A DNA stretch of 53,551 nucleotides, filler included, from Sluysia triapertura (lineage: Eukaryota): assembly GCA_046118255.1 (NCBI GenBank). It is 4 parts of 4 records of this genome, joined end to end, with 100 filler letters (N's around TTAATTAATTAA, not from the genome) between each part and the next. Parts side by side here need not be neighbours in the genome. Positions count along the whole stretch, not along the records: positions 35,886 to 53,551 come from JBJNIA010186056.1; 3 more parts are not named here. One strand, written 5' to 3'. Shown here piece after piece: positions 51,301 through 53,551 of the stretch. The notes under the pieces were generated by a model. The model made no database searches. It was not told the DNA's origin and saw only the letters and a program-made list of their open reading frames with translations. How positions within the stretch are numbered: position 1 is the first letter of the stretch; the number at the start of each line of letters is the position of its first letter. The position numbers were made by a program, and so were the translations under genes.

Positions 51301-51796
51301 AAATTTTATATAATTTCAGTGATTTGATATAGAAGTATAAATTTTAAAGATTTAAAAGACGAATCAAAAAGAATTTTATATTAAACAAATTAGAAATAAA
51401 GCTATCACTTGATTTTTATTAGTGATAATTGATATTTTTAGTCAATTTGTATTTGTTGTAGTAAATAATAAATTGTAATATTAGTGTCACAGAAAATATA
51501 ATTGAGATTGAATTTTAGATAATGTAAATATAGTACAGCGTTAAAGTAGAATATATTAAATTAGAATATTTTAATATATTAGATTAAACACAATGAAAAA
51601 TATTTCAAAACTTACTTAAACTCTGAGTAATATTTACTGTCCTTAAACTGTTTGCGCTCAGTGTTTACTACCAAATTAAATTAATTAATTAATGTTTAAT
51701 TTCACTTTTGCCTTAATTCCTCCATGCAAAACTTAGTAAGATACTGCCACATAATCTCCTTCATTTTTGGATAAGTCATACATTACTGAGGTTTAG

Positions 51797-51931
51797 GCCT
51801 AAAGTGTCATTTAGAATAATGAGAATATAAAAAAATAAAATTGTTAGATGTGACTGATAGCTTTTTGGTCAGAGCTTCGAACTACACAACTGTGAGGTAA
51901 GAGGGCCCGGTTTCGAATTCCGATCAATCCA
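51797..51931 (+). pseudogene. Decayed copy of the tRNA-like element with its 5' flank
   Basis: Aligns by eye to 48192-48318 (GG.CTAA.GTGTCATTT...TTAGA.G.G.CTGATAGCT...TTCGAACT...CCCGG.TTCGA...TCA.TCCATTT). Confidence 0.65.
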
Positions 51932-52225
51932 TTTAACAATATGAGTATTTTGTATTAAAATAAGGATTCAAAAGAAATAAATCAAAGTCGTTTCTTATTT
52001 TTCAAAGTAAAATCTTACTTAATTCCAGATAAAATAAAATTTAGTTGAATATGAAATATAAAGGCATGCATATTCTTTAGGTCAAATTATTAGCATAATA
52101 TTTATACTAAACATTTTGATAATATTAGTAATATTGTCCAGAACTAAAAATGGTAACTAAAATCAAATTAATTATCTAATTTAGATTTGGATTAAATGAA
52201 GTTTTAGTAGACGAAAACAGTTTAA

Positions 52226-52416
52226 CTCATTAACTGAACCATTCACATTTTGGAATTTTACCTACTTGCCGTGAAGAATATATCAAGTGCGTCGACAGTT
52301 TAATTTCATTTTATACATATCTGTCAATATTGTTTATAGTAGACTATATGTATTTTGTATTTATATTGTTACATAACTTTTTCCGTCAAAAATTCAAAAA
52401 ATTGACAGTTAATGGG
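52226..52416. mobile_element. 191-bp piggyBac-type MITE
   Basis: TTAA-CTCATTAACTG ... CAGTTAATGGG-TTAA (10/11 TIR match). Confidence 0.6.
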
Positions 52417-53551
52417 TTAAGCATGTATGTCATTTGCAATCTATGTATCTGCAAAAATTAAATGAATACAAATGAATAATGAATAATAAATGTATATTGT
52501 GGTTTTCCTAACACTTAATCTATGTCAAAATATTTTTAGTAGGGTTCAGGTGTTGTAAACGACTTACAATGTACAGTGGACGTTCTTGATACTTTAAGTT
52601 AATAATTTTCAACGTGGAATTTCTCTTTAACCCTTAAAATACTATACCTACTCATGAATCCGTCTTAAATTCTAAGTATTAATAATTCTGAATCCTTCAC
52701 TTAGTTATGCTAATAGTATATAAATTCAAAAACACGTTTATTAAAAATTTACAAAAATTTAAAATCTAAAAATAATTAGTATCATAAGATTCAAAGATGG
52801 AGTAAATAAAAATTAAAATTTTCAATTAAAACCGCAAGGATTTATAATATTTTACCCCTCAATATACTGGAGAAACATATATTTTTTATAAATAAACTTT
52901 ATGATACTAATTTAGATAAATTAATACCCTCCTAACAAAAATAACTTACGAAAAGCATGGAACGGTTTCGATGAATACGCATTGGAGAACCAAAATAGTG
53001 GATTGAATAGAATAATTATTAGAATCGAATAAAAACTAGATGGCGTTAAAAAATAGTGGACATAAATATACTGATGTACTAGTCATCAGCCAATAGGAAT
53101 CGATGGGATATTCTGGAACATTCCTGATTCATCTATTCTATTTTCTGAAGCGAATTTTCCTTTTTCAAAATTTTATTTTCTTTTTTTGGAAAACAATTTT
53201 CTTTTTGGAAAATATTTTTTGATTTATTTTAAGATGATTTTAGAGGGTTATGATGACAATCTAACACGCATAAATTTATAAATGTATAAATGAATATACA
53301 TGTTTTCTGGAATATAGTCATTTATTAAAATTCTTTAACAGATGCACCAAAATGTTTTAGACAAAATGTTAATAATTTTTTTCTTTTTATGTGCAGAACG
53401 AAGTGCCTCTTAAACTGATTATTTGCACTGTTTAATCTTACGTCTTTTTCACTTTTCTATATGAAATTGAGTACAACAAAGCATTGTTAAAATCTATGTT
53501 GCTAGTTATCAATGAATGAACAATAAGTTTAGCTGTTTCTTTATTAATAAA

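Overview
This window is four unrelated contigs joined by artificial 100-nt linkers (44 N + TTAATTAATTAA + 44 N). Three contigs (1-11032, 24359-35785, 35886-53551) are very AT-rich eukaryotic, probably invertebrate, DNA. They carry the last three exons of an EIPR1/TSSC1 WD40 gene, a RING-finger gene with decayed tandem copies, a cyclin C pseudogene fragment, a tRNA-like element, and piggyBac, Tc1/mariner, pogo-like and LINE remnants. The fourth contig (11133-24258, 13,126 bp) looks like a complete linear phi29-like (protein-primed) bacteriophage genome with 13-bp inverted terminal repeats. It uses TGA as a sense codon, most likely Trp (genetic code 4, Mollicutes host), which is why the supplied ORF track shows it fragmented. 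Read in code 4 it has 15 tightly packed genes: four small leftward genes, then tail, packaging ATPase, probable terminal protein, SSB, DNA polymerase B, connector, collar/fibre fusion, holin-like protein, scaffold, major capsid protein and a small terminal ORF. It also shows a candidate packaging-RNA-like structured region, three apparently leaderless structural-gene promoters and strong 4-mer palindrome biases. Because linkers bound it on both sides, there is no evidence of integration; it is most likely a co-assembled phage of a Mollicutes associated with the sequenced organism. All translations, alignments and counts were done by eye.
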